IMG/VR virus record: IMGVR_UViG_3300025108_004223
Location: 1-64,000 of that record
Origin: a virus
Strand: one strand, 5' to 3'
DNA: 64,000 bases
Shown: positions 29,616 through 39,790 of the stretch, piece after piece
Numbering within the stretch: the stretch's first letter is position 1
How the letters are laid out: every line of letters begins with the position of its first letter
Translations under genes and position numbers: made by a program
Notes under the pieces: model-generated
Database searches by the model: none
The model's input: only the letters and a program-made list of their open reading frames with translations
Told to the model about the DNA's origin: nothing

Positions 29616-30289
29616 TGAATACTTATTGTATATTATTCAGTAACGGCCTAAGCGGCACTTGGCTAACATGGTTTATTAATCAACACAAAGGATTTCCAGA
29701 TAGACTGGAACTTGATGTGGAATACAGTGATCCCAAACATCCAGAACGTATAACAGATTATAGCACACAGCCTAACTGGTGGTATGATAATCAGAGTTGG
29801 GAAGATTTTATAATATATTGTGAGAGACAAGATCATCCAAACGATATGGAAAATGAGCCTGATATTAGATGGGGATTTGATAAAATAGCATTTAAGGTTC
29901 AGCCATATCATGAGTTTTTCGCTCCAGATATGAATTTTGAACAATCTAAAGTAGCATGTAAACATGTGCTAGATAAGAGTAATTGTAATCAAGTAATAGT
30001 TCCTATATGCGATAAAGTATTGTATACAGAAATATATAACAGATTAATTGCAATTAGACCCTATTATACAGTTGACAAAGACCCAAAAAAGTGGTATAAT
30101 AGTGTATTGTATGAATATATTCAGCATGAACTAAAAGTGCCTTTATTATATTTAGATATAGGAAAAATACTAACCGGACATAATAATACGTATTCAGAAT
30201 TAATAAAAGCACTTGATGTTCCAGAACTAGATAATTGGAAAGATCTTGTAAATGAATGTAGAGAACAAATATATGATAATTACAAATGA
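29615..30289 (+). CDS. Sulfotransferase-like protein (paralog 2)
   Basis: GLSGTWLTWFINQH.GFP, KxxPxH, L.VPEL.NW shared with the upstream gene. Confidence 0.4.
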   Translation: MNTYCILFSNGLSGTWLTWFINQHKGFPDRLELDVEYSDPKHPERITDYSTQPNWWYDNQSWEDFIIYCERQDHPNDMENEPDIRWGFDKIAFKVQPYHEFFAPDMNFEQSKVACKHVLDKSNCNQVIVPICDKVLYTEIYNRLIAIRPYYTVDKDPKKWYNSVLYEYIQHELKVPLLYLDIGKILTGHNNTYSELIKALDVPELDNWKDLVNECREQIYDNYK

Positions 30290-30807
30290 AGTATAGTGTT
30301 ATGAAACAAAATCAACATGGACAATCAGTAATTGATGAACTAGATATAGTTAACGGCTGGCTAAGTGGTCATAATGTAACTGATGCTATTGTTGATGAAA
30401 TTGAGCCGATAAATATATATAATGCTTGGTGTGATACATATGAGAGCAAAGACAAGATAACGGCTAAGTCGGAATATGAGAAAGATGATTACATTGAAAA
30501 ATGTATGAGTAATTGGGCTATGCCCGAGCATTACAAAGAACTAGATATAGTTAGATTCATTAATAATAGAGAGTTAACATATCAAGAACGTGATAGGGTG
30601 CATTTAGAAATTGAAATGTATCGTGAACGTGGCATGATTCCAGTGCTAAGATTTTTAGCATACTTAGTGGATTTGTGCAAAGAAAATAACATTGTATTAG
30701 GTGTTGGTCGTGGATCAAGTGTAGCAAGTTATGTATTATACTTGTTAGGTGTTCACAGAGTTAACAGCATTAAATACAATTTAGACATAAAGGAGTTTTT
30801 GAAATGA
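30286..30807 (+). CDS. DNA polymerase III alpha (DnaE) fragment
   Basis: RVHLEIEM...GVGRGSSVASYVLYLLGVHRVNSIKYNLDIKEFL matches the DnaE GPGRGS region and ends before the catalytic Asp motif. Confidence 0.8.
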   Translation: MKYSVMKQNQHGQSVIDELDIVNGWLSGHNVTDAIVDEIEPINIYNAWCDTYESKDKITAKSEYEKDDYIEKCMSNWAMPEHYKELDIVRFINNRELTYQERDRVHLEIEMYRERGMIPVLRFLAYLVDLCKENNIVLGVGRGSSVASYVLYLLGVHRVNSIKYNLDIKEFLK

Positions 30808-31241
30808 AAACAGTTAAAACAGCAAGAGGCAAAATATTAAATATGGGCGCCTTAGCAGCTCAGAATGAGGAAACTCGTGCTATTAGTAATATGCCTATAA
30901 ACGCAAGAGGTGACATTATTGATAATCGTGGCAAAGTAAAAATTGCTCGCGAAGATATTTCTAAAGAATTTTATAAAGATAATGTTCCAGGCTCAGACGA
31001 AAAAGAAATAGGCATTAAGGAAGAAATCGAAGCAAAGGAAGAAGAAGCTACATCAATTCCAGAACCTAAACCAGAACCTAAACCAGCACCAAAGAAAGCA
31101 CAACCAGTTAAAGAAGATAAACCGGTTGAAATATCACGTAATGAACGTGAACGTGCTGATGGTAGCAAATACTTTGAAGTAGAGTATATGGACGGAAGCA
31201 TGGAGGAAATTGAAATTCCTCAAAATAAAGATGAAAAATAG
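30804..31241 (+). CDS. Hypothetical protein with PEPK repeats
   Basis: ATGA overlap, PEPKPEPKPAPKK. Confidence 0.55.
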   Translation: MKTVKTARGKILNMGALAAQNEETRAISNMPINARGDIIDNRGKVKIAREDISKEFYKDNVPGSDEKEIGIKEEIEAKEEEATSIPEPKPEPKPAPKKAQPVKEDKPVEISRNERERADGSKYFEVEYMDGSMEEIEIPQNKDEK

Positions 31242-31249
31242 GATATAAA

Positions 31250-31624
31250 ATGACTAAAGTAAAAGCAATGCGTAATAAGATCTTAGCAGAAATGATTGAT
31301 GATCCAGGTGAAGAAATAACAACTGCTGGTGGCATTATATTACTTTCTAAAGATGGCACAGAAGAAGCAGTTAGACCACGCTGGTTTAAAGTTTATAGCC
31401 TAGGCAAAGATATTAATTGGTTAACAGAAGGAGCATACGTGCTTGTTGATCATGGACGTTGGAGTAACGGAATAAAAGTAGATGAAGAATTAAAAGTCTA
31501 CTTGTTAGACAACAAAGATTGTTTAATGGTTTCAGAAGAGAATCCAATGGACAACAATAATATTATGGTTGGCAGTAAGCCAATTCGACAAAGACCCTCA
31601 GATGACGTAACTCGTCAGATATAA
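31250..31624 (+). CDS. GroES/Cpn10-like co-chaperonin
   Basis: VKAMRNKIL...TTAGGIILL...VYSLG...GAYVLV. Confidence 0.75.
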   Translation: MTKVKAMRNKILAEMIDDPGEEITTAGGIILLSKDGTEEAVRPRWFKVYSLGKDINWLTEGAYVLVDHGRWSNGIKVDEELKVYLLDNKDCLMVSEENPMDNNNIMVGSKPIRQRPSDDVTRQI

Positions 31625-31627
31625 TCA

Positions 31628-32185
31628 ATGTATAATCCAGACTGGGTAGCTGATAGACCTACACCCATAGAAAGATTAACTTGGTTGAAACGTCGTATAA
31701 ACTTTGACGTAGTTATTGATATTGGAAGCGGTGATGATACATGGTTTTTAACCAAAGTATTTCCTGAGCTACCAACTTACAAATACGACAAAGACCCAAA
31801 ATTTAATAAAAACTCAAATATTGTAGAACTAGGAGTTGATTGCTCCTTAGATGACTTACTAAAAAATGAAACATTTGAAAGTGCGTTTTATAAAATAGAC
31901 GTAGACGGTCCTGAACTAGATATATTAGACGGTTCAACTAACACTTTACAGAAAACCAGTGCAGTAATGATAGAGTGCGTATTAGATGACAATAAATTTT
32001 TAGATAGATGTCATTGGATGCGTGAAAAAGAATGGCAGCTTATTGATGTGATAGAACCAGTCTATAGAAAAAGTAATATATTGATACAGGTAGATCTTGT
32101 TTTTGTAAGACAAGATACATTTAAAATCGTAGAACGTGAGTGTTGGTTTGAAACACCTGATACTGACTATAGAATAAATACGTAA
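31628..32185 (+). CDS. FkbM-like methyltransferase
   Basis: VIDIGSG, YKIDVDGPELDILDG, MIEC, QVDLVFVR. Confidence 0.7.
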   Translation: MYNPDWVADRPTPIERLTWLKRRINFDVVIDIGSGDDTWFLTKVFPELPTYKYDKDPKFNKNSNIVELGVDCSLDDLLKNETFESAFYKIDVDGPELDILDGSTNTLQKTSAVMIECVLDDNKFLDRCHWMREKEWQLIDVIEPVYRKSNILIQVDLVFVRQDTFKIVERECWFETPDTDYRINT

Positions 32186-32201
32186 TATAAGAGGAAAATA
32201 A

Positions 32202-32840
32202 ATGAAAAATGTAAAAGGTGTAATACCAGAACCAAAAGAACAACCGGCACTACCACCTCCACCACCTATGCCTACTCCGCCAATTCCACCTAAACAACCA
32301 GGTGACTATTTGCGTGAGAATGGTGTATTGCATATGGAAGATGAATTCAATCAAAAAAATTGTATGCCTTTAGTTAAGATGATTATGGAATATAATTTAA
32401 TGCCTGCAGATAAGGCACCTAGTATTATTCATTTATACATCAATAGTCCAGGCGGACTTATTGATAGTTGTATGCATCTTATTGATGTTGTAAAACAGTC
32501 ACGCATTCCAGTTTATACATACGGAATGGGCTCAATTGCATCGTGTGGCGTTATGCTTATGATGGCAGGCGCAAAAGGACATAGATATCTCACACAAAAT
32601 ACCGCAGTTATGAGTCATGAGTTCAGTAGCGGCACACGTGGACAATATCACAGTATGGTTGAAAGCCGTAAGCATATGGATTGGACTAATGAGAAATTGT
32701 TGGAACACTACATTAAATGCACAGGTAAAAAAGAACCATACATTCGTAAACACTTACTTAAACCAAAAACAGACCATTGGCTGACTCCAGAGGAAGCAGT
32801 TAAGCATGGTATTGCTGATGAAGTTATAGAGTCTTACTAA
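32202..32840 (+). CDS. clpP: ClpP-like protease with Pro-rich N-terminus
   Basis: LYINSPGG, GSIASCG, MSHEF, DHWLTPEEAVKHGIADEV. Confidence 0.88.
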   Translation: MKNVKGVIPEPKEQPALPPPPPMPTPPIPPKQPGDYLRENGVLHMEDEFNQKNCMPLVKMIMEYNLMPADKAPSIIHLYINSPGGLIDSCMHLIDVVKQSRIPVYTYGMGSIASCGVMLMMAGAKGHRYLTQNTAVMSHEFSSGTRGQYHSMVESRKHMDWTNEKLLEHYIKCTGKKEPYIRKHLLKPKTDHWLTPEEAVKHGIADEVIESY

Positions 32841-32841
32841 A

Positions 32842-34221
32842 GTGGGCCAACTGAGAAATCCAAATCTCGAAGAAATGAAACGAGAACTCGATAATATGGG
32901 ATTCAACTCAGAGACCTTTTGCACAGCTCCATACATCAGTATTGACTTAGATCAAGATGGTGCAGTATACACTTGTTACCGAGGTAAACAAAACTTAGGT
33001 GGTTGGAAAAAGACTAGTCTTAAAGATAGTTTCAATAGTCCACAAATGCAAAAGATCCGCAGAGACTTATATGATGGCAGACAAAACAAAAACTGTCGTA
33101 GTTGTTGGGCCGCAGAGAAAAAAGGTAGCAACAGTCCAAGAGTGCATTTTTATTATGATTTCATGGATAGATACTATGAAGATAATCCTGAAGGTGCAAA
33201 AGAGTTTCTAGACAAGATTAAAGCAGATCACATTGAAGCAGATATAAGTGGATTAAAACGTGGCGAACTACGTCCAAGTAGTTTATGTAATTTACGTTGT
33301 ATGCATTGTGGCCCACACAGTAGCACTAAGTGGGTAGAAACATTATCTAAAGGTGATAATGCAAAAACCTATATGGAAAACGAAGGCTTAATGGAAAATG
33401 GCAACGGTATTATTGACAATAATATTGTAGAAACAGGACTAACAACATACTACAAAAACACATTAACAAGTGATACAGACTACGAAGAAGATTTACTAGA
33501 AGTTTTAGATTCACTTGAACATTTAAGTTTCACAGGCGGCGAGCCATTACTTACACCAGAGCATCCACGTTACTTACAGCACTTTATTGACAGTGGTAGT
33601 GCAAAAGAAATGTATTTAGAATACAACACAAATCTCAATATTAAGAATATAGAAAGGTTCTTTCCATTATGGGAACACTTTAAGCACTTACATATTAGAG
33701 CAAGTATTGATGCTAGTTTTGATACATATGAATATTTTCGCACATACGGTAAAATTGATTTACTCAAAGAATGTCTACAAAAAATACAAAAGTTTCGTTT
33801 AGATAAAATGGGTGGAAAAAGACGTATGAAAATTAATGCTACAGTAACACATAATATGTTTAGTGCATTGCGTTGGAAAGATCTTACAAAAGATTGGACA
33901 TCACATGATGTAGCATTTCACGTAAGTTTAATTATTGATCATCCTGTAAGTGTTATATACATGCCAAAAGAATTACGTGAAAAAGCAGTTGCAGAAATGC
34001 AATGGTGCTATGACAATATAGAACAATACACAGATGATGAAGACTATGTAGAAATATATAGACATCACACTGAGCAGTGTATCAAATATACAGCAGAACA
34101 AGATTACGATGGTGATAAGTTTCCTGAGCAAACTATAAAATACATCGACTTCTGTGATAAAGCCAGTGGTAAAAGCTACAAGGATTATTTTCCAGAATTA
34201 GTAAAGTATATAGATGGATAA
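32842..34221 (+). CDS. Radical SAM protein with N-terminal twitch/SPASM-like domain
   Basis: CNLRCMHC, FTGGEPLL, FCTAPY...CRSCW. GTG start. Confidence 0.9.
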   Translation: MGQLRNPNLEEMKRELDNMGFNSETFCTAPYISIDLDQDGAVYTCYRGKQNLGGWKKTSLKDSFNSPQMQKIRRDLYDGRQNKNCRSCWAAEKKGSNSPRVHFYYDFMDRYYEDNPEGAKEFLDKIKADHIEADISGLKRGELRPSSLCNLRCMHCGPHSSTKWVETLSKGDNAKTYMENEGLMENGNGIIDNNIVETGLTTYYKNTLTSDTDYEEDLLEVLDSLEHLSFTGGEPLLTPEHPRYLQHFIDSGSAKEMYLEYNTNLNIKNIERFFPLWEHFKHLHIRASIDASFDTYEYFRTYGKIDLLKECLQKIQKFRLDKMGGKRRMKINATVTHNMFSALRWKDLTKDWTSHDVAFHVSLIIDHPVSVIYMPKELREKAVAEMQWCYDNIEQYTDDEDYVEIYRHHTEQCIKYTAEQDYDGDKFPEQTIKYIDFCDKASGKSYKDYFPELVKYIDG

Positions 34222-34603
34222 AAGTTTAATACAAGAAATGCCTATTGTGATGTTAAAGCAATGGGCAAATCCATATTACAGTCCAAACGACGACTTGGCT
34301 CTTATGCAAGATATAATGGAAAATGGAATACAAGATCCTATTATATTAAGTATAGGTGTGTGGAGTAGGAAAGTTAGACTAGATACTGGCAATCATAGAA
34401 TATACTTAGCACCACGTTTAGGAATGACACACTTACCAGTAATGTGTAAAGTATGGAACTATTGTGCGTTTAGTAACAGCAATGGCGACCACAGTTTTGA
34501 CTGCGAACATATAACTGCTAAAAAAGAATGGATAGAAGAAGGATACTTTGCTAAGCCAAGCGAAGTATTAGATATAATGACACTACTAACAAACACACTA
34601 TAA
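34214..34603 (+). CDS. Stand-alone ParB/Srx-like domain protein
   Basis: DIMENGIQDPI...LDTGNHRI.LAPRLGMTHLPV. Confidence 0.65.
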   Translation: MDKSLIQEMPIVMLKQWANPYYSPNDDLALMQDIMENGIQDPIILSIGVWSRKVRLDTGNHRIYLAPRLGMTHLPVMCKVWNYCAFSNSNGDHSFDCEHITAKKEWIEEGYFAKPSEVLDIMTLLTNTL

Positions 34604-35106
34604 TGGAGATAAAGTTGAAATCAATTAAAGACACATATGCAGATTTTTTCAAATGGGTTAAAGGCACAGAGCTTGTAGAACTAGAAAATATTAATGTAGA
34701 TGAAGATCCAGTAAGACCGGAATTAAGTCTTGAATGGCGTAAAACAAATGGGCGTAAAATCTATGGATTAAAATATCAAGATACAATAGAAGGTATTGTT
34801 TGTGTAGCATTTACCAATGATATACCTACTACCGTTAAAGAGCTAGAACTCATGAGCGAAAATGCTAGTTTAAAAAATGATTTTAATACCGCAGTTGCAT
34901 ATACTGTATGGTCACGCAAACGAGGTGCAGGCAAAGAAATAATTCACAAACTATTAAATCATGTAAAATCAAACGAAGAGATTAAAACAGTAGTTACATT
35001 GTCACCTTTAACACCAATGGCAACACACTTTCATATTAAAAACGGTGCTAAACTAAAACAAATTAGTGCTGAAACACAAAACTTTGAATATAAGATTAAC
35101 ACTTGA
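34603..35106 (+). CDS. Hypothetical protein, GNAT-like
   Basis: YTVWSRKRGAGKEII resembles an acyl-CoA loop. Confidence 0.4.
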   Translation: MEIKLKSIKDTYADFFKWVKGTELVELENINVDEDPVRPELSLEWRKTNGRKIYGLKYQDTIEGIVCVAFTNDIPTTVKELELMSENASLKNDFNTAVAYTVWSRKRGAGKEIIHKLLNHVKSNEEIKTVVTLSPLTPMATHFHIKNGAKLKQISAETQNFEYKINT

Positions 35107-35130
35107 CAAATGGGTAAAATCATATATAAT
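35103..35130 (+). promoter_or_regulatory. Sigma70-type promoter of the clamp loader gene
   Basis: TTGACA-16 bp-TATAAT. Confidence 0.6.
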
Positions 35131-35162
35131 AGTAAGATAAAGACAGAAATACGGAGAACAAC

Positions 35163-36086
35163 TTGAAAGACTTATGGGTAGAAAAGTATCGACCGACTAA
35201 TGTTGGCGAGTATGTATTTAAAGATGATTCACAGCGTAAGCAAGTGCAAAACTGGATTGACGATGGTGGCATTCCACACTTGTTGTTTAGTGGTAGTCCA
35301 GGCACAGGTAAAACAACATTAGCAAAAGTTCTTATTGCAGAACTAAATGTAGAGAAAGCAGATGTGCTATACATTAACGCCAGTAGAGATAACGGCGTTG
35401 AAATGATTCGTAAACGTATTAGTGCGTTTAGTGAAACTATGCCTTGGGGTGAATTTAAAGTAATCCTACTTGATGAGGCAGACCATATTAGTCCTGAGGG
35501 ACAAGCGGCATTGCGTGGAGTAATGGAACAGTATCATGCAAGTGTTCGCTTTATACTAACATGTAATTATCCTAACATGATTATTCCTGCTTTACACAGC
35601 AGATGTCAAGGCTTCCATATTGAAGAACTTGACCATACCGATTTCACAGTGCGTGTAGGAGAGATCCTGGCACAAAATGCAGTTCAATTTGATATTGAGA
35701 CCTTAGACGCAATGGTCCGTGCAAATTATCCTGACTTACGTAAAACTATTAACACAGTGCAAATGAGTATTGTGGATAATAAACTCGTGATGCCCGATGA
35801 TGGTGGTAGCACAAGCGAGTGGCGATTAGCTATGGTTGAGCTATTTCGCAGTGGTAAGATTCAAGATGCACGTAAACTCATAATTAAATCTGCACGTGCT
35901 GATGAGTATACCGATATATTTACTTGGCTTTACAAGAATTTAGATCTTTATACAAAGAATGACTTTCAATACGATAGTTGTGTGTTAGCAATTCGAGAAG
36001 GTATGATTAAGCACACTCAAGTAGCAGATCCAGAGATCAATCTAAGTGCTACAATGATCGAGTTGGCTAGAACGCTAAATGAGTAG
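35163..36086 (+). CDS. Sliding clamp loader AAA+ subunit (gp44/RFC-like)
   Basis: LWVEKYRP, GSPGTGKT, INASRDNG, LLDEAD, ALHSRC. TTG start with SD GGAG. Confidence 0.93.
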   Translation: MKDLWVEKYRPTNVGEYVFKDDSQRKQVQNWIDDGGIPHLLFSGSPGTGKTTLAKVLIAELNVEKADVLYINASRDNGVEMIRKRISAFSETMPWGEFKVILLDEADHISPEGQAALRGVMEQYHASVRFILTCNYPNMIIPALHSRCQGFHIEELDHTDFTVRVGEILAQNAVQFDIETLDAMVRANYPDLRKTINTVQMSIVDNKLVMPDDGGSTSEWRLAMVELFRSGKIQDARKLIIKSARADEYTDIFTWLYKNLDLYTKNDFQYDSCVLAIREGMIKHTQVADPEINLSATMIELARTLNE

Positions 36087-37134
36087 TTTAGAAAACCTCA
36101 TATTACCTGTAACATTTAATAATTGGAATACATACTCATATAGTCCAAGAGTCAATAAGGTAATAGGTCTTAGTTCAAACATGGGTGCAATGCCTACTAG
36201 TCCTTTAAGCCAATTACATCCACAATATTTTTATGATAGCAATGGTAACCCTATTGATTTACTTGATCGTTGCAAAGAAATTGACGGCAGTGCTGACTTA
36301 GAATCAGACTTAATCAAAATGCTCGAAGATGTAAAAGATATAGAAAATGAACCCATTCTCGATAGTCAATTTAATTTTACATTACCTCATGCTTTTCAAT
36401 ATGCACAAGCAAAAGATATTTCAGTAAGAAAATTTAGTATACACTATGCAGATAGTTTATGGATGGGATTACTTGACTACAAAACAAATACAAGATTTGA
36501 TCCAGATGTTACAAACTTTACATATAAAAGCAATATAAATGATATTGACTTGCTACTCAACGAGCACTTAGATCAACACATAAATTTAATAGGCACCGAC
36601 AACTATTTGTTAGCTATTATAGATGAACTAGCATTACGAAGAAATGAACAAGTTAACGAAGGTGATGCATGTGATTATTTCCTAAACAAGCCTTTTAGAA
36701 TGTTAATATTAGCTGCAGAACATGGCATAAATTATATTATGGAAAATGGATTAGAAGTTTATAAAGATCAATTATATACAGGATACATAGTAGAACGTCC
36801 AAGTAGACAAGAAGTTCCATACATTTATACAACTAGATTGTTTGATAATAGATATGCTGAGAAGTCAGCAATGGCATATGAAAAAATGTGTGAACGCATA
36901 GATATAAAACCTAACTGGAACTTGTTTGAAGAATGGCATCATCACAATTTTAAAGACTGTAATACCCATGAAGATAATCTAGTAAATACTATCAGTAGGA
37001 TATCAACCGGATATGATTTTACTAAAGCAAATTGGAATTACTTCCAACAAGCAGTATTTGAATTAGGATGCAAACAACATACAGATGAAGCCAGCAGTAG
37101 CGTTTTTAAGAAATGGATCAACAATAGAAGGTAG
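36079..37134 (+). CDS. Hypothetical protein
   Basis: 351 aa co-oriented ORF overlapping the clamp loader stop. Confidence 0.6.
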   Translation: MSSLENLILPVTFNNWNTYSYSPRVNKVIGLSSNMGAMPTSPLSQLHPQYFYDSNGNPIDLLDRCKEIDGSADLESDLIKMLEDVKDIENEPILDSQFNFTLPHAFQYAQAKDISVRKFSIHYADSLWMGLLDYKTNTRFDPDVTNFTYKSNINDIDLLLNEHLDQHINLIGTDNYLLAIIDELALRRNEQVNEGDACDYFLNKPFRMLILAAEHGINYIMENGLEVYKDQLYTGYIVERPSRQEVPYIYTTRLFDNRYAEKSAMAYEKMCERIDIKPNWNLFEEWHHHNFKDCNTHEDNLVNTISRISTGYDFTKANWNYFQQAVFELGCKQHTDEASSSVFKKWINNRR

Positions 37135-37327
37135 AGAAGTATTCCTAGTAACAATGCTAGGCAAAAACTTTATTGATTTAGATCTAGACACAGCAACAAT
37201 TGTTCCACGTGGTAATATATCTACCAGCACCGAACAATATCTTTCAGAAAAAATAAACCAGATGGTATCGGCTTATATATTTCTCGACTCAAAAGAAGCA
37301 ATGTTATTTAGAATTAAGTATACTTAA
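37085..37327 (+). CDS. Hypothetical protein
   Basis: 80 aa co-oriented ORF. Confidence 0.45.
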   Translation: MKPAVAFLRNGSTIEGREVFLVTMLGKNFIDLDLDTATIVPRGNISTSTEQYLSEKINQMVSAYIFLDSKEAMLFRIKYT

Positions 37328-37430
37328 CACCTGCACCAGTAACGATAAATACTTGTAGCAATACAAAAGAATAATACTAGGGGTATTTGTTAAGTTTTGA
37401 GTTGCACATATTAAAAAAGGAAACATTAGG

Positions 37431-37874
37431 ATGAATACTCGGTTTATGATATGGTGGCTTGCTGCCGTGATACAGATTATTGGTGTAGGAGTTGCAATAG
37501 GTTTTGGCGCAGTAGATTTTTTACTAGAAGCTGATCAGACTTATTTAAGTTTTGTAACTACAACATTATGGATTATTGGAACAATAGCAATTGGCTATAC
37601 TTCGTGGCGCAAAGATAACAATTACGACTCACCCTGGTTTATAGCAGAAAGTTGTATTAGTGTCGGAATGATCGGAACACTAATTGGATTTATGTTGATG
37701 TTAAGTAGCAGTCTTGGTAATGTAGATCCAAGCAATATGGATTCAATGAAACAAGTAATTAGTGATATGGCAAGTGGTATGAGCACAGCACTTGTAACAA
37801 CGCTTTCGGGATTAGTGTTTAGCTTATTCCTTAAGATACAGATTACAATTCAAGAACACAATATGGTAGATTAA
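37431..37874 (+). CDS. MotA/TolQ/ExbB proton-channel family membrane protein
   Basis: SVGMIGTLIGFMLML...ASGMSTALVTTLSGL, the family's TM signature. Confidence 0.78.
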   Translation: MNTRFMIWWLAAVIQIIGVGVAIGFGAVDFLLEADQTYLSFVTTTLWIIGTIAIGYTSWRKDNNYDSPWFIAESCISVGMIGTLIGFMLMLSSSLGNVDPSNMDSMKQVISDMASGMSTALVTTLSGLVFSLFLKIQITIQEHNMVD

Positions 37875-37877
37875 AAC

Positions 37878-38531
37878 ATGTCAAGAAGAAGAAGTGGCAA
37901 CCAGCTTGCATTTAACGACATGCTTTTTAACGTATTACTAGGATTTGTAGTCCTTTTCGTTATTGCATTTTTGTTAATTAACCCGATCACTAAAAAACAA
38001 GATGTGCCATCAAAAGCAGAAACTATGATCATAATGGAATGGGATGATCAAAGTTATACCGATATGGATTTATGGATTCAACGTGATGATAATAGTCCTG
38101 TAGGATTTAACAATAAATCAGGCCAAGGTATGAATTTAGAACGTGACGACTTGGGATCTACAAATGATAGATTTTATGTTGATGGACAAGTTCAAACTAT
38201 TAAAACAAACAGAGAAGTTGTAAATGTTAGAGGTATCGTTCCAGGTGATTATTATCCAAACATACACGCTTATAATTGGTCTGACCAACAACCTTTAGAA
38301 ATTACAGTAACAGTAATTGATGTTAATCCAGTTTATAGAGAAGTATATTCTGTGAAAGTGATGGTAAGTAAACGCGGTGATGTTGTAAGATTACCAGGAT
38401 TTACAATTGATGACAAAGGTCGTATTAGTAAAGTCTTTAATCATACAAAAACTGTAGTTCCAAATAGAGGTAGAACAAGCGATGCACAAGGCACAACATG
38501 GGGACAAAATAGCGGTCAAAGTAGTGAGTAG
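37878..38531 (+). CDS. MotB/ExbD-like single-TM protein with beta-sandwich domain
   Basis: AFNDMLFNVLLGFVVLF with TM Asp; DMDLWI...LERDD...EVVNV. Confidence 0.62.
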   Translation: MSRRRSGNQLAFNDMLFNVLLGFVVLFVIAFLLINPITKKQDVPSKAETMIIMEWDDQSYTDMDLWIQRDDNSPVGFNNKSGQGMNLERDDLGSTNDRFYVDGQVQTIKTNREVVNVRGIVPGDYYPNIHAYNWSDQQPLEITVTVIDVNPVYREVYSVKVMVSKRGDVVRLPGFTIDDKGRISKVFNHTKTVVPNRGRTSDAQGTTWGQNSGQSSE

Positions 38532-38532
38532 C

Positions 38533-39789
38533 ATGCAATATATTATTGATAATATAAAAAATGCAGACTCTAAAATTGTAAACGATGTAACTATACTAGA
38601 GTTTGAAAATTTTTTCCCTCCAGAACACTTAGAACAATTAATATGGGCAACAAAGCAAACACACTTAATTGATGATGCAGAACCAGTATCCGGTTTTAAA
38701 CCTAGTGCATACGGCTTTGATAAATTACTTGATAAAGAATTATTTAGAAATATCAGCAAACAGTTTAAAAGCGAAGAATTTAAAACAACATTATTAAATA
38801 AATTTCAACTACATGATGTAGAATATTGCCAAAAGCATTTAGATGTTGATATAAGCATACACACAGATCAAGGACATCAATTTGATGATGCACACTCTGA
38901 TCAAAAGAACAATTTATTTTCATTAACCTTACAAGTATATCTACCCGAAACAGATGCAGATGCTGAATACGGAACTATATTCTACGACAACAAAGGCAAT
39001 GAACTATATCTAAGAGAATTTAAAAACAATACAGGTTATTGTTTCTTATCACACAACAACAGTTGGCATGCAGGAAAGCCTGGAATTAAACGTAATAGTT
39101 TTTTTGTAAGAATGGATATAAAGCCACACTATGAATTTAGTTCAACTGTATTCAATTACGACTCTACTATAGATACATGTTATCTTATATGGGATAAAGA
39201 CATGGAAGTTCCACGTCATTACACAGACTATTTGCTACAAGTATCTATGCTAAATGCACAAGAGCTTGGCATTGAAAACGTTGTAGTTTCACAAGATCCA
39301 TGGAAAAACAAGTGTGCATTGTTACACAAACTAAAACAACTTGGCTTTAAAAAGGCGTTTGTAGTGCTAGGTGGTGTGCATTGGGATAAAACACACGCAA
39401 TAGATTTTGCACAAGAATTAGACTTAAATGTCAGTGTATGCGGTAGAACAAACTCAGACGATGCTACACACCTGCTTAGACAGTATGCAGTAATCAATAT
39501 AAATAGTGTTATAGAATTTGAAACTGAACATCCTACACACTTTCCAAATACATCAAGATACTTTGGAGAATGCGTAGACAACAAAGACTATATTGAGATA
39601 GATGATTCACTGGCAGATATACAACATTTCTATCACATGGAAGAAGATATAGATGAATGTGACACATGGACAAGTTGGATTAGATGGTCAGATACATACG
39701 AACACGCAGATATAGATTATTTACGTAGATATAAAGAAAACAATAAGTCATTGGTAGCACTGACAAAATCAATGCACAAAGGATTATAA
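38533..39789 (+). CDS. 2OG-Fe(II) oxygenase fused to an unknown C-terminal domain
   Basis: AHSD, LQVYL, GTIFY, SWHAG, RNSF. Start placed at ATG 38533. Confidence 0.65.
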   Translation: MQYIIDNIKNADSKIVNDVTILEFENFFPPEHLEQLIWATKQTHLIDDAEPVSGFKPSAYGFDKLLDKELFRNISKQFKSEEFKTTLLNKFQLHDVEYCQKHLDVDISIHTDQGHQFDDAHSDQKNNLFSLTLQVYLPETDADAEYGTIFYDNKGNELYLREFKNNTGYCFLSHNNSWHAGKPGIKRNSFFVRMDIKPHYEFSSTVFNYDSTIDTCYLIWDKDMEVPRHYTDYLLQVSMLNAQELGIENVVVSQDPWKNKCALLHKLKQLGFKKAFVVLGGVHWDKTHAIDFAQELDLNVSVCGRTNSDDATHLLRQYAVININSVIEFETEHPTHFPNTSRYFGECVDNKDYIEIDDSLADIQHFYHMEEDIDECDTWTSWIRWSDTYEHADIDYLRRYKENNKSLVALTKSMHKGL

Positions 39790-39790
39790 T

